Assembly (NCBI GenBank): GCA_000708835.1
Contig: DF236952.1
Location: forward strand, 459,623 to 523,622
Source of the DNA: Klebsormidium nitens
Lineage: Eukaryota > Plantae > Klebsormidiophyceae
Direction: 5' to 3'
DNA: 64,000 nucleotides
Shown: positions 13,577-26,700 of the stretch, in pieces
How the letters are laid out: every line of letters begins with the position of its first letter
Position numbering within the stretch: position 1 is the first letter of the stretch
Made by a program: the position numbers and the translations under genes
The notes under the pieces: generated by a model
The model's input: only the letters and a program-made list of their open reading frames with translations
The model's database searches: none
What the model was told of the DNA's origin: nothing

Positions 13577-15075
13577 ACGTCCTGACATGGCAGCTCAGAT
13601 ACGTTGATTTAAACGTGGTACATAGGTAGTTAGGAAAGACTGTAGTACGGTAAGCGAGAATTGATGCAGCTTAAGTGTTGAGCCCAAGATTTGAGGCGTT
13701 TGTTTCAATCTGTAGAAAGTCGCCGCTCGACCGGTTTGGGTTCCTTCGATCCATTGAAAAGGTGATGCTTGGAAGTGAACAGAGTAGGCGCGGTTAGCGA
13801 CGACAGTTTGCAGGGTGTTCGAGAGTGAGCGTCCAGAGGTATAGCTGTTTGACGGACTAGTGTGGATTGCGTCCTTAGTAGAAGGTTTTAGAAGGACAGC
13901 TTCATGTTGACGAAATTGTGTTGTTGATTGCGTTAGGGACTATCTTAGACAATAATTGATTAGTATAATCCGGTGGATGGGGTATAGTACATCTTATTGC
14001 AACAGCCTGTGGCGCATGAGATTGTGGTTAATTGGCACGCCGAAAGTTGCGTGGTACCGGCACTTGGATATATGGGGTATTCGTACATGCATGCATGTGG
14101 GTTGCGCCTAACCTCTTGGCCGCAGCGGGCTAGGTCCGACCATGTGGCCAATGGCCAAGCTTAGTCTTTCAAGGGCCAATTGTTGCATGCAGTCACTTCT
14201 TTCTATACACGCAGGCTTAGGCACCCATGGGCCCATGGCGCAGAAACAAGCAATAATTCCGGAGTTCGGGCTTCATCGAATTAAATGCATCAACTCCATG
14301 ACCTCTATGTTGATTGGTCTTGAGACCTATACATTCCAACACATTGGTGACATGCAGTGCGACTGACCGAGCTCCAGCTCAAGCATCAGATATGTACGCA
14401 ACCGTCAGAAATTGGCGACAAATCTTAAACTTTGGTCGTCAACTATTATGTTCTTGCTCGCACTGCATGCATACAACGGCCAGCTCGAGCCGCCTCGACT
14501 CAACGACTAACTAACTTCACTCGTTTCATGATTCTTGCTGTTAGCTTCAGCTTGGGACTTTCGGAAAGCGCGAGTAATGATAGTGCTTCCGGCTCTCAGT
14601 GCCATGATTCGTATAAAAGTTTACTGGATGCAGATTTAGTATATATGTCCCGTGACTACTTGTTGCCGCGTCGAGTGGCCCTGGGCCGCGCGGGCAAACC
14701 AGCTTACACGCAACATGAGCGAGTCCTAGCATATTGCACAACACATCAAGCCGCGGTGCATCAAATCCGACCAACTACGGTCGATCTGAACATTATGGCA
14801 TAAATTCAAAGGGTCTCCAAGGCCGCCCCTACTAAAAGAGGTGCATGTTATACCGTATCCTGAGGCCTTTTGCACACATGGAGTGGGAATTATATTGGGG
14901 TGCGCAGGTGGAGATTGGCTGGCCGCTTAATGGCTGAAGGACTTTATTGGCTCTCAAATACAAACACTGCCAGATTTTGGTCTTTCGAGCTACATTTCTA
15001 CAGGGTGATAAGCGAGCTCTTGTTATCACCACAAATCAATAATGGTTTCCTAGACCTATGCATGGCGTTCTCTGT

Positions 15076-18000
15076 TCAATCAAAATCGTCCTCAATCTGG
15101 CTATGCTCTGATCGGCTGGTGCTATCCTCCTGCTGTTGCCTCCACCGCCGGTAGCGTACCCCCAGCTTATCATAAGCAACTGGATGGTTCCACACGTTTG
15201 CCCCTCGAATCATCCGGTCCTGCTGGCCCTCTACCAACCGGAGGTCCTCCGATAACACCTGCAGTTGAGTAGCAAGTGGTCAGCACTCTAACAAAATGGC
15301 CGACTTTGTGAAGCAATCAAGAATAAAGACAACAGCTGACACTAGAAGAATGGATGAATGCAACCAGTCGAGAACAGACAGAACAAAGTTCAAGTCGAGT
15401 CGCAGTTGACGACTCTAAACGTTTGGATTACTGTCTGGTCCAAGAGCAATAACAGGGATTGACCGTCAACCTGCTCAGACCAAAAACCGGAAGCCCGTGC
15501 TCACAGCATTGGGTCGATTTACCAGCTTATTAAGGGCACGGTACTACGCCAAAGAGCAAAATCCCTGCACCCCATGCGCCTCCAAAACCAAGCTACTCAA
15601 AGTACGTTTCTGTTTGGAAGGACGTCATGGGACATGTCCCACACGGAGACTCGATGCCCGGGATTCAACTTCCGCAGTCCCTCCCGATAGCCATGTAGGC
15701 CGGTGTTCAAGCGACGGGCAGTCGATGCACGGATATCGCTCCAAGCCACATGGGGTAGACGGCCCCCTGAAACCAATAAAAGTGTGTGCTCACCTGGTTG
15801 GCCATGTACTCCCACAGCTTGTGGATGAAGGGCACGTACTTCGCCCACCAGGCAAAGTCGAGCGACATGCGGTACAGTAGCCGGGTCGTGCCCGTCTTGG
15901 ACGGTACACACACATGGAGTTGGTGCAAGTGGTTAGGGCAGTCCTGCAAGGGGAGGCGGTGTCAATAAGGATGTATACGAAGGACCTCGGTTGGTGATCT
16001 GAGTTATTTGTAACAGACGAGGCATTTTGCTTCAGAAAGAAGAAGTCGGTTTTAGCATGGATGTGCGGACTTGTAGTTCGGGAAACACAATTGCAGTCTA
16101 CACCAGCCTTGGCGCACAACAAAACTGCATGAACCGAGATAGGAGCCTTCCCTTGCATAAAATCTGGATCCCCTCATTAAAACAACCAAACATCACCTGT
16201 TCGTCAACGCCTGATATCGAACGATTAACCCCTTATGAGATGAAGGTACTCAAATCTTTTTTGGGTCTACAACTCAATGATGGCACCAAGACCCGTAGAC
16301 CTGCCAGAAAAACCGCGAAAGGCAAGTACCGTACTGCTACGTAATTTCGGCAAAAATTAAATAATTATGTGCCCTGCCGAATTCCGCCGAGAAATGTTTT
16401 GGAGCGATAATGGTCGATAATGGTATGTTTTAGCAGGTAACTCTAGGTCTGCCGAAAAGATAGAAAGTTTCATAATTAATTTTTCGGCGTCGAAGTTGCC
16501 GAAATCAAATAGCAGTACGGTACTTTCAAATTCGAGCACACAGGACTGTGGCTCACTTTCGTGTTAGTGCCGGAGAGCTTCCCAGGCTGCGAGAGCCCAA
16601 TAGTGGAGAACACCATGCAGGGGGGGCGGAACTCCATGTCGATCGGATAGGGGTCCCAGAAACCGCTCAAAGCGGCAGCGGCAGCGGTCTTGAATTTGAC
16701 GGAACTGCAGTCAGAAGAGGAGGCACGACAGAAAGTTAGCACAGTTGGAGGGGTTGTAACTCTCCCTGTCTGGTTGAACAGCAATAAACTCGGCCTCTCA
16801 AACTCGGCCTCTCAGACAAATGGCAATCTGAGCGATCCAAGAACCTTGAGACCCCCGGAGCAATCGGTTCACCGTTTGGGAAGAGCCGTACTTGCATTAC
16901 AATCCTTCTCTCAGCGCGCTTTGTTTGCGATACTGGTCCTTCCTTTATCTAGGGCCAGTCAACGAATTACCCCATCTGAGGACCAGACTGTCACACTATC
17001 AACAGAAGTTATGCAGGCCTTAAGCGGGCGTTACATAAGAACCAAGGTCAACGTATGTAATCAAAGAAGACTTTCGAATAAACACCCAGTTTGAAGATCG
17101 GTTTGAATCGTCCAGGTTGGGATATACCAATCGAAACGAACTTCAACAGCACATCTGAGACGGTCCATCTTGTCCGAGTCTGGAATTCGGCAAGGGGTTT
17201 GCACTTACTTGGGCACTGGCCAGCCCTTGGCGAAAGTGGTGGTGTGGGTGAAGGGGGCGTGCGCCAGGTCCAGCAGGTTCTCCACGAGCAAGCCGTGCTC
17301 AACGGGGACCTCTAGAGTGATCTGCAATCACAACAGCAGGCTGACGTCAGTAGCTGTTCTCAGGGATTGAACAAGCGCAGAGTACTGCAAACCTGCTTCG
17401 GATGGGACAGTGGCGAGCGGGTCTTTATGGCTTTTCGCATTGTGTGGACGACTTTGCTGTCATATTGCAAACACATACCAGCAAGGACTTGGGGTATGCT
17501 CTTGCACAGGAAACGGCTTTTCAGAACATGGTCGGCAGAATGCTCCGAGGGGCTGTTCGCACCTTCCTTTCAAAGGAGCAAGGAGCACATCAATACCTGC
17601 CCACACCTTTTCCACATGTAACAATGACACAACTCGTCAAAGCATGAACAAGAATGATTGCGAGAGAGAAACGGGAGAAACCCTTACCTGTGCATGGATG
17701 GTGTAACCAGAAGGGGGGCTCAGGTCAGGGAGGGTGGCCTCCGGCACTTTGTCCCCGGGCCAGATCCAGATCATGCCGTCTTGCTCAACGCAAGGGAGGG
17801 CGCGGACAGAGGTGGGGGCCTGGACTGTGGAGGGCATGTGGGTGCACTCGCCGGAAGTGGTGTACTCCCAACCTGCAGAAAGGGTTCCAGAACAGGGTCA
17901 GGAATTTGGTTATAGAGGGTTCTGAGTCGGTTCTTTGACTTCAGGACTCTTCGGGGCTTCCATTGGGAAAGTGCAGGTCAACCACGCAGCGGACAGATTA

Positions 18001-21000
18001 GAGGTTGCTTTAACAGTCCCAGGAAAAATAACACGGAACAAATCCAACCTTTGATCAAACTTTTGATACTCACAAAGGGGGCCACTACGATGACCAACCT
18101 TGCAGCAAAACGATGGGAACCTGATCCACAACCGAGACAGCATCATTCCAAACGAAAGATTCGTAGAAGCCTCCTCACCATGGTATGGACATTGCACTTT
18201 CCCATCTACGAGCGCCCCCAAGGACAGGGGGCAGGCTCGGTGCGCGCATTCATCCCTGATACACCCCGCTTTTCCGTCCTGATCTCGGAAGATGACCCAA
18301 GGCTCGTTGAAACAGTCTATTGGTACCTGTAAATGGACAAACAAAGGCTGCTGAGAAAAGTGATCATAAGGAAAAGGCGAGTTTTGTTGAGCTCTACGTC
18401 CGTACTGTATAAGAAAGGGGCTCTTTGCTCGGCCTTGGCCCCAGATGCAGAGGCGCTGCATGCTTCTTGCCAAAATCTGTCGACATGAATGTACATGACG
18501 CAGAATTCAAAAAGATGAGGCCTGCAACTCTCCAAGGCGATAAGGTTTTCTACCGCCACATATCCGCCTCTGGTGTGACGAGCTCACCATGGTCTTACTG
18601 TCCACATTCTCAGAGAAAGCCACCGGGTACCAGAAGTTTTTCAGCGCTGGGGAAACCTTCGGCTTTCCCGACACATCGAGAAAACTCTTCTGCCCTGCTC
18701 GCCGTTGCCGCCGAGCCACCTGCTCCGACAAAAAGCGAGGCGTGAGTTGGCCGACCAATAGTAGTCAGTTGCCTTGCAAACTTCGCTATACTCTGATTGA
18801 CATGGTCCTGCATCCATAGTCCTGCATGAGGCCATAAGGATTTGCCTCCAGGTGGATCTGAGTAAGAAAAGGCTGCACTCCAGTCCATGTCAAAGACATC
18901 TAGTTCGTGGCGCCTATGGTCCGCATCTGAATTCCAAGCAGCCATCAGCTGCTAACCGCCAGTCCGACCCTGCATGGATCAGACGAGATGTCGACGGCGG
19001 GCAGCGACAAATCAGCTCAAACCGCAGTTCCATCACCAGACATATGCGTACATATTTCTCAATTCACTCGGCATCTTTTCAGTCCGAAGACTCGGGCTGA
19101 AACGGTTGTCAAAAGCCGACAGTGACAAAAGCTTCCCGAGCGCACCTCCTGCTGAACCTCCTCTGCAATCTCCCTAGCCTCCGGTTGCGTGCGGGGCAGC
19201 TCTTGCGTCTGCGCCTGTGACCGCTGCTGGGGGGGCAACGTCTCCATCAGCTTGTCCTCCATATCCGTGAGTTTGCTAAGGGTGTGCTCGACCCTCGCCT
19301 CCGATACATGTAGCTGGCACCAACAAAAAACCCAGGTTAGTATTAACCTTCCTCCCAAATCTGGTTAATCTCACTGCCAAGCGTCAATGACCTAGCTTTC
19401 AACTGTGCCAGATGCACTCACCTAAAGCAAGTCCTAGCCCCAGCAAATGGAACGATAACCTGGTCTGGACGGGCGAATTGCTTGCTCTCAATAAGAAAGC
19501 CCTCACGCACACAACAATGTGGCAATATCATGCAATTTGTGCTGACATGTCATCACTATGCTCTGAATACAGCTGCAATTCTGAGCACGGCAAGAGGCGT
19601 TAATGTTCAGCTGCAACAACAGCCGCAAATGCAGATTATGAAATCGGTCCGACGCCGACTCTTCTATCATGAGTAGGGAACCTCAGAAATGGTACCCTCT
19701 CTCTGCAACCAGTGAATCAAGTGAAACCCAAGCCCCCATGCTCAATAGAACAATGCCCCCAAGGATTGGCCCAGTTCGGATGCAAGGGTTGTTGAATCTT
19801 GGACACACACCAATCTGCGCGGGTACTGTTAAACCCATGCTCAGCAGACGAGATAAGCCATCTTGTGCTCTGCGTCAATCTTGGCCCACACACTCTGCAC
19901 AGACTCCCCGAACCAGCTCCTATAAGCTGTTGGGCCAGTGCAGGCAGAATCGGTTTGCAGTTTACAACCTTTGACATTTTCCCAACGCTTGTCTCCTCAC
20001 CTGTGCATGGGCCTTTGACAGCTCATCTTGCAGCGCAGCAAGCTGGTTCTTCAGAGTTGACACCGACTTGTGCTCACGAGCGACCGGGTTGAGTGTCTCT
20101 ACCACCTGCAGAGTGGGGCCAATTCGCTTTTCATAAAATAGTCCATGTGTCCCAAGGTGCAATGATTTGCTCTAATCCCTATGCTTGTGAAAACCAACGG
20201 ACCAAATCCCCCTCAGACATCGGAGTGTACCCTCCCACAAGAAAGCTGAGGGAGCTTGGTTGACTCATTGCCGGAAGGTAGCTCAAGAGGAGTGCCACGA
20301 TCCAGGGCAGCATCTCTCACAGGTTGGCTTTTTCTACTCCATTTTCAACCATTAACCATTGGTTTGGCAAGGAACTGAGGCACGTCGGTTCTGTCTGATC
20401 CCAAGCGAGCTCCAAGCCACGTAAGAGTGACCTATGTGCTTAAAGTACAGGGCAGTCTTCTCACATTCAGACCCCAAGCGTCGGGTCACCATGTAGGTAG
20501 TAGGTTTCCAGCTCCTGTGGAGCTGGCAACAACTCTTGAAAGCCTATAATCAACTATTCATCAATCAAAAGCGGTTGGCATCAGACCCCGCACATTGACA
20601 TGCCCAAGGAGCTAGCACTGAGCCAGATCTGTGTCCTTTGCCAAACTTGTAAGATTTCAGGATACTTTGTAGTGATGCATTTGTCTACCAGCATTGTGCA
20701 CTTCCAAGCAACTTCCATCACAAAATTCCAGGCGGGAAGGTGAATACCAACAGGCGGATACCGCATGCCAGAGACCACAATTGGGATCCGCTTCTACTAA
20801 GGGAGCTGGCGTTACTTTGAGTTCAGCTTTGACATGTGCAGCTCAGACATTGAAGTGTCGGCGCATGTTTTCAAGGCTTCAATCTGCAGTGCATGCGCAG
20901 GGGAGTGCAAGATTCGATCTAATTAATGCTCTGTTGGGAGCCACATGCTGCCGTCCATGGCACTCTGGCTTCCTATCTTAGTGAATTGGCCAGAGTCGCT

Positions 21001-21747
21001 CCACCCGCACTTGAATTAGCTGGCCCAGTATCTCTCTTACAAGCGCAAACCCCATTGCGTCAAACCAACCTTCTGTTTGTAAACCAGAGGATATGTGCAG
21101 ATGTAATGAGGGCAGACAAGGCAGGCAGGAAAGCCAGCAACAGCTGAAAGATACAAATGTGCTACAAGCCAAGCTCCGAGTTCAACGGAGTCTACATGGC
21201 TGACATGACATGCCATATGCCAAAACCAGGCGCGATAAAAAAGTCAGCACACCCTCTAGAGAAGCATACCTTCTGCAAAGGCATATGACAACAAAAACCT
21301 GCTGACCTTGTCATGAGCTGCTTTTATTGCATACACGTCCTGCCTCGCCCGCCAGTCCAGGTATCGCACGTCATTCAGCACGACATCCCAGTTATTCTTG
21401 AGCCTGCCACCCTGCTCTCTTGGGTCCGGGACCTGAAAGAGCTCCTCCCACCCCCCATCGTCCGGCCCATTCCGTGACTGCCTAGGTGATATATGCACAC
21501 ATTGTACAGCCGATCGCTTGCCGCTCTCCCTGTCTAGTGGAACCCTCTGCCCTGCAAACTCTCCTAAGCTGACTGTACCCTGCTTGCGCGCCTTCCTTCC
21601 TACTGGTCTCACGCTCTTCACAAGAGCCCTCACAGCCACCCCATGGCTAGAAGGATCGGTCAAGGCCCGGCAGCTCGCCCGTGCATGCAGTCCCCCAATA
21701 GGACCCTTTGCCAAACCCTCAACGCTTACTGCCGCTCCTACCATCAT
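15076..21747 (-). CDS. CAO: Chlorophyllide a oxygenase (chlorophyll b synthase), ~10 exons
   Basis: [12 protein letters not shown]|[35 protein letters not shown]|[17 protein letters not shown]. Rieske [11 protein letters not shown]...CPYHG|WEY. Mononuclear-iron [60 protein letters not shown]. Confidence 0.97.
16329..16520. mobile_element. MITE-like element (~192 bp) in a CAO intron, with CCGTA termini and flanking TA (Tc1/mariner/pogo-type target duplication)
   Basis: Left gTA|CCGTACTGCTACGTAATTTCGGCAA versus reverse complement of the right end TTGCCGAAATCAAATAGCAGTACGG|TAc (CCGTACTGCTATTTGATTTCGGCAA): ~22/25 identical. AT-rich non-coding interior with further internal symmetry. Confidence 0.75.
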
Positions 21748-22159
21748 ACTAGCCTGCTGTTCCGCCTGTTCAACCTGTTTCCATCAACGCAGCATGAGCG
21801 ATCTCAAATGCACACCTGTTTCCTTGTCCTTTGCCAGCCTTCAAGCCTCGAACATCAACGTCGCTCTACCTGTCCACCCTACAGAGATCCTTTCCTTCCG
21901 AAGTGTTCCCCTCAGCATAAATCAGCAACCAGCACGCTTCTCGCGACAGGGCTGCTCAAACCAGCAGGAGTCAGCTGTTGCTTCAGAAAGACATAGGCGG
22001 TCACATGCGCCATGAGGAAGGCGAATCCGCGGCACACGATGTCCTGCGCGAGCGCACCAGCAGAATGTGCAATCTAGTGTAGGGAGCGCTTCCTTTTTGC
22101 TTGGATTGAAGATTTCGTATACTCTGATTATTTGCAAATTTCCCACCCCACACTTTCAG

Positions 22160-22640
22160 AAGTTTCAGCCAATCCAAACTGCGGCTTTTCTGTGGCGCGG
22201 GCACCGGCAAGCCTATCGAAGTGGCTGAATCAGATTCTCTGATCATGGTCGTGGCCGCGCCTGGGCCCGCAAGCGGGCGACGTACCGAGAGGCGAATCTG
22301 GCTTTCAGCCAATCAGACGCCAGCATTTGATAAAGTGAATCGCAGATATTACAAGATAATAGGAGCCTGCGAGCTTTGATACCTGGATAGCGCCTCGGTA
22401 GATAGTCACCGGCTGGTCGATTTGACTTGCTTCTGGGTCGTTCTGGTTGGAAGTACGCCCGGTTCTCTGATTCCGCCTGTTTTTTCCTCGGAAAAGTCCA
22501 TAACCGTCCAAGGCCCAGGCATGTTGGACGGTTTGTAATCCGTCGATACTGCAAGTTACTTATAAGCAAAAATCGACGGTCCAAATGCCCTCAAGCAATT
22601 CAAGCACTATAACCGTCGATGGCAGCGGCCAATGCGGCGG
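22160..22640. promoter_or_regulatory. Probable CAO promoter region with several CCAAT boxes
   Basis: AGCCAATC at ~22168 and ~22307 and GGCCAATG at ~22628, 0.4-0.9 kb upstream of the CAO ATG. Motif match only. Confidence 0.3.
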
Positions 22641-23731
22641 ATCTTGATTGACAAATGAGCTCCACGAGCTAAGCTGGCCGCCCTCCTAGCCTGAGCTCAT
22701 AGCAGTACGGTAGTTCATCTGCATGACCGGACAAACTCACTGAACCAGAGTCCGTGTGTTCCCCGTGTGATGACAACCCTTAGTAAGCTTCAAGCGGCAA
22801 CAAGGCAATTGTTCACTTTTCAGAATGCACAAAATCACGGATGCCAGTCATCTTGTATTGTACCCCGGCCCAATGCATTATTCACACTGGCCGCCGCCGG
22901 CATGCAATCATGGTGACCGCAAGGCCGGCACTGCAATATGTGTTGTCAGTGTGCATAATGCAATGTACATGGAATCTCTATCGCATGATCACCATTGCTT
23001 CCTGCGGGGCCAGAAGTCTAATGACGTGACTGCATGCTAGCTTTCACACGCGTTTCGCTTGTAGTATGATATACATGTGGGGTTGACAGGTAGTATATGG
23101 GACAAAAGCCCGAATCATCGCGAATGATTAAGCGGGTCACAGTGCAGAAGTCCATCAGCCTAGGATCTGCAGCAGTGCAAGGTGTGACGGCCGCCCCGCC
23201 TAGACGCCCGACGATCGTACACTTTCGACGCTCCGGTGCCTCTTTCATCGTAATGCGAGAGGCCAGTTCACCCGACCACTTGCAAGTCTCCCACTCTGGA
23301 TGCGTGGACTTCAAGCCTGGCTGGTGATGCGACCTGACGAGGTCATCATTGATCAAGTTCAACGCCACGTCATTTTGTAGATTCAGTATACCTCCGTCTC
23401 TTTCCTAGCGACCCACTCGAGATGTCCAAAGCTCTATGCAATGATGGATGCAATGTTGCAGCGTCGTTGCTTATGCTCAAGCAACCTTCTATCCAAAAGG
23501 TTTGAGTCGTCAGTCTCAATGTTCCAATGCGAGTGTCCCTACATGCCTGCACTGTCTTAAAACTAGCGCAGGTCGCAGTTTCTGCCGAGACCCTTGGCTT
23601 GCTGCGACCGTGCTTTATTTCTAGACTCGCTCGGGAATCTACTAAGGCTAACTTTCCAATTTTGACAGGAAAGAATTGTTTCGATTCGAAACTAGAGAGA
23701 CCGCCTCAACGCTGTACACTGTGTCCGTCGA

Positions 23732-26700
23732 TCATCGAACAAAAGGTAGCAGGAAGTACTCCGCATAGAATAACTGCAGTTGGGAGAGTAGCGTCAGTAA
23801 AAGTACTGACCAACACACAAACCTTTGTAGGACAAAGGACGGCCTTTCATCAGGATATGACGAAGGCGGGTACAGCAAGAAGGAGCAAGTCCGATGTCAT
23901 CGGAAAGACTGTAACCAAGTGGTGAAGTGTCAGGCGCGAGAACGGCCAAAGAAGCGCACGAAGGGCTTACGGTTATTGGAAAGCATGGTTGGGGGAAGAG
24001 TACGCCCCGCGAAAGAAGCACAATCAGAGCTAACGAACGACCACAGAAGAGAGGGAAAGATGGACCGAGCAGAACGAAAGGCCGGAGCGGGAAACAAAAG
24101 TGAGAACGGCTGACGGAAGCAAAAGTCGACGGATAATGTGGATCGAGCCAAGCTGGACAAGCGACGGCTCGGACAGACCGAATGACAGGCAAAAACAAAG
24201 AGAGAAGAATAAATGGGACCGGAGGAAGAACTGGCAAAGGACGGAACTAGAGACGAGAACGGCCTACCTTCCACACAAACATGTAGAAGCCGACAATGGA
24301 CGCCTTCTTGGCGAAGTCCACGTGGCGGGCCCTATGCCACAGGATGCCCCCAAGCGCCGCATGCGCGCCAACTGTCACCACCTTGCTCCACAGCCGGGAG
24401 CACGTGAAGCCCACTCCGATTGCGCCCACGTATGCAGCGCCCAGAAGGCTGACGCAGATCCAAAACATCTGGGGGGAAAGGACGAGGGAAGAGATCATTT
24501 TAGAAATAGGCGCCAGTCGGTTGTAACTTGAAACAATCCCAATCCCCTGTGCCTATCCGCTTTCTATGAAACATCTCGTTTAGGGACTGCGGTAGCGGAG
24601 TCTTATCAAGGAAGCTCGCACCCCGATTTGGGGCAGATATTGTTTCCACCGGAACGACTCAAGCGGGTCGGATAAATGATTGTGGGGGTTTTATGCTCAA
24701 TTAACTCGTGCTCCAATGCAGAAGGACAAGTTGGCAAGCCCATTCTAAACCTCGACTCCTTCGGAAAGCACGCATCCAAGAATGAACCGCCGAGAGCCGC
24801 TCGTCGACGAGGAACAAGACAGAAGTGGTTGAATCTTCGAAGTCTCGCGTTTTGCGATTTACCATGTTGGTGCGCAACAGCGCAGAAGAGAAAAGCAGAA
24901 AAGCAGCACACGCAGCATAAGCTGACACCGGAAATATCCCAGCAGAGAGCCATGGATCTCGAAGAGAGGGAAAAGCGAGCGCGCCATTACCTTTTGCTGC
25001 CCCATCCGCACGGTAAAGGACTGAATGTTGAATTGCCGGTCGCCCTCTAGATCAGGAATGTCCTGTAACAACGGACAATTCGCTTAGCTACAATCGTATG
25101 CTGCAGAAATTTCTGAGTTCCTGTACTGCATCCTGAAATCCCGCAAGGGCAAGAAAAACCCCAAACTCAAAAGGTGCACAGATTTCTGTAAACGCAGAGA
25201 AGCTTCGCTTTCAGCTTCCTCTTTGCTCTCTTTGCGTTTAACGTCACAGGGACGCTTTTGCAATCCAGGCGCAGATGCGACCAGCCAGTCCCGAATGCCA
25301 CTAAAGGCTGTTTACCTCTGGTGCAATATCGCAATATTGTTCTAACCCAAGTCTGAGAAGCTGACATGTGGAGACTTCCAAGGAACAGCTACTGGCTCGC
25401 CACAACACACATGGCGCACTAATATTCTGGGGGCCATTCACACTGCCTCCGACTCCTCACCTTGCAGAAGGCGATGACGAGGGAGAATACGCTCATGAAG
25501 GCGGTGCCGAAGAGGACGGGCCGACTCAGCACCGCAGTGCGCTTGAGGACGGACACCTGGACAGACGACCAACTTTTGTCCCGTCTCTAGTTGTTCCGCA
25601 AGCCTTAAAATGGAAGAGGGTGGAACCGGGCTCGTAGACAGGTCGCTTGACTGCCCACCTCCCGCAATCTACGACCTTTTGCCATCGACAAAGCTTAGCA
25701 GGCGAGAATCGGACGGGGAACACGCCTGTCATTTTTGCCCTTCTGATGAACCTTGTGATTGAGAGTACGTTCTCGCAGCTTTGAGAGGCCGTCTCAAACA
25801 AGTCATACCACGAATACACAAGTCGTGCGCTCTCGCTTGGGTTGAGTAAACATACTTGTGTAAGCGACTCATGCGCTCCAGTCATCAAACCTTGTTAAGA
25901 AACCTTTTGGTGCATTATTTGAAGGTCGAAAGAAAGGGATGGGGCCGGAATGGGAGAAAGCTGTGCAAATCAGAGCAGTGCAAAGCGTGCTTAGCGCACA
26001 ATGGAAAACGGTCAAAGAAGACTCTGTGCACGACGAAGTTGGGCCCCTGACCTCCCCAGGAGACTCATAGCCCCTTGGAAGCAGCGTCACTAACGACTAG
26101 TCGGACGAGTATGGTTAGAGAGCAGTCACCCTTGGGTTACGGCCTGGTCACCTGCTCTTGTCAACGTAGACTCACGCTGATTGCAACCTACAAACGAGCC
26201 GAGAGCGCAAGTTTCATAATTCGCAGGCTTGCTTGACCACTTGGTTTCCATGCTTAACTGGTACGTTTGTTAATCGTAGTCAACTGGCTTAACTAAAGGC
26301 CGGGTTAGACCACGGTTTGGGCATGGTTACCTGCATGTGGAGGTAGAACCCGATTTGGACGAGGACCGCTCGGACCGCGAAGATGCACCCGGCAGCGAGG
26401 ATGGGGTACTTCTTCCACCGCAAGAAGGGGAGCTGCACCCGAAACACGACGACTCAATATGCATAATATGCTAAAAGCGGCCTTCAAAAGTTTAGAAGGT
26501 CTGAGCTCAACTTCAGTTTCTCATAATCCGACGAGGACCTGAGATAGTTCAGGTCTCGTCGTACAACTATGGCGAAAGAGCTTTGAAAGGCGGATCACAA
26601 GGAAGACCAGATCCGCGCACTCGCTTTCATTACGGTACGCAGACCTCAGCAGCAGTCTGATGAATGGTGAATGTACTCGTCTGTTTCGCAGTTCAGAGAA

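Noticed and set aside
14086-14097. CATGCATGCATG (RY-like) in the SOUL-like/CAO intergenic region
   Set aside because: Short motif between convergent 3' ends, not in a promoter position.
16787-16814. Exact 14-bp tandem duplication aactcggcctctca
   Set aside because: Simple slippage in an intron with no functional hint.
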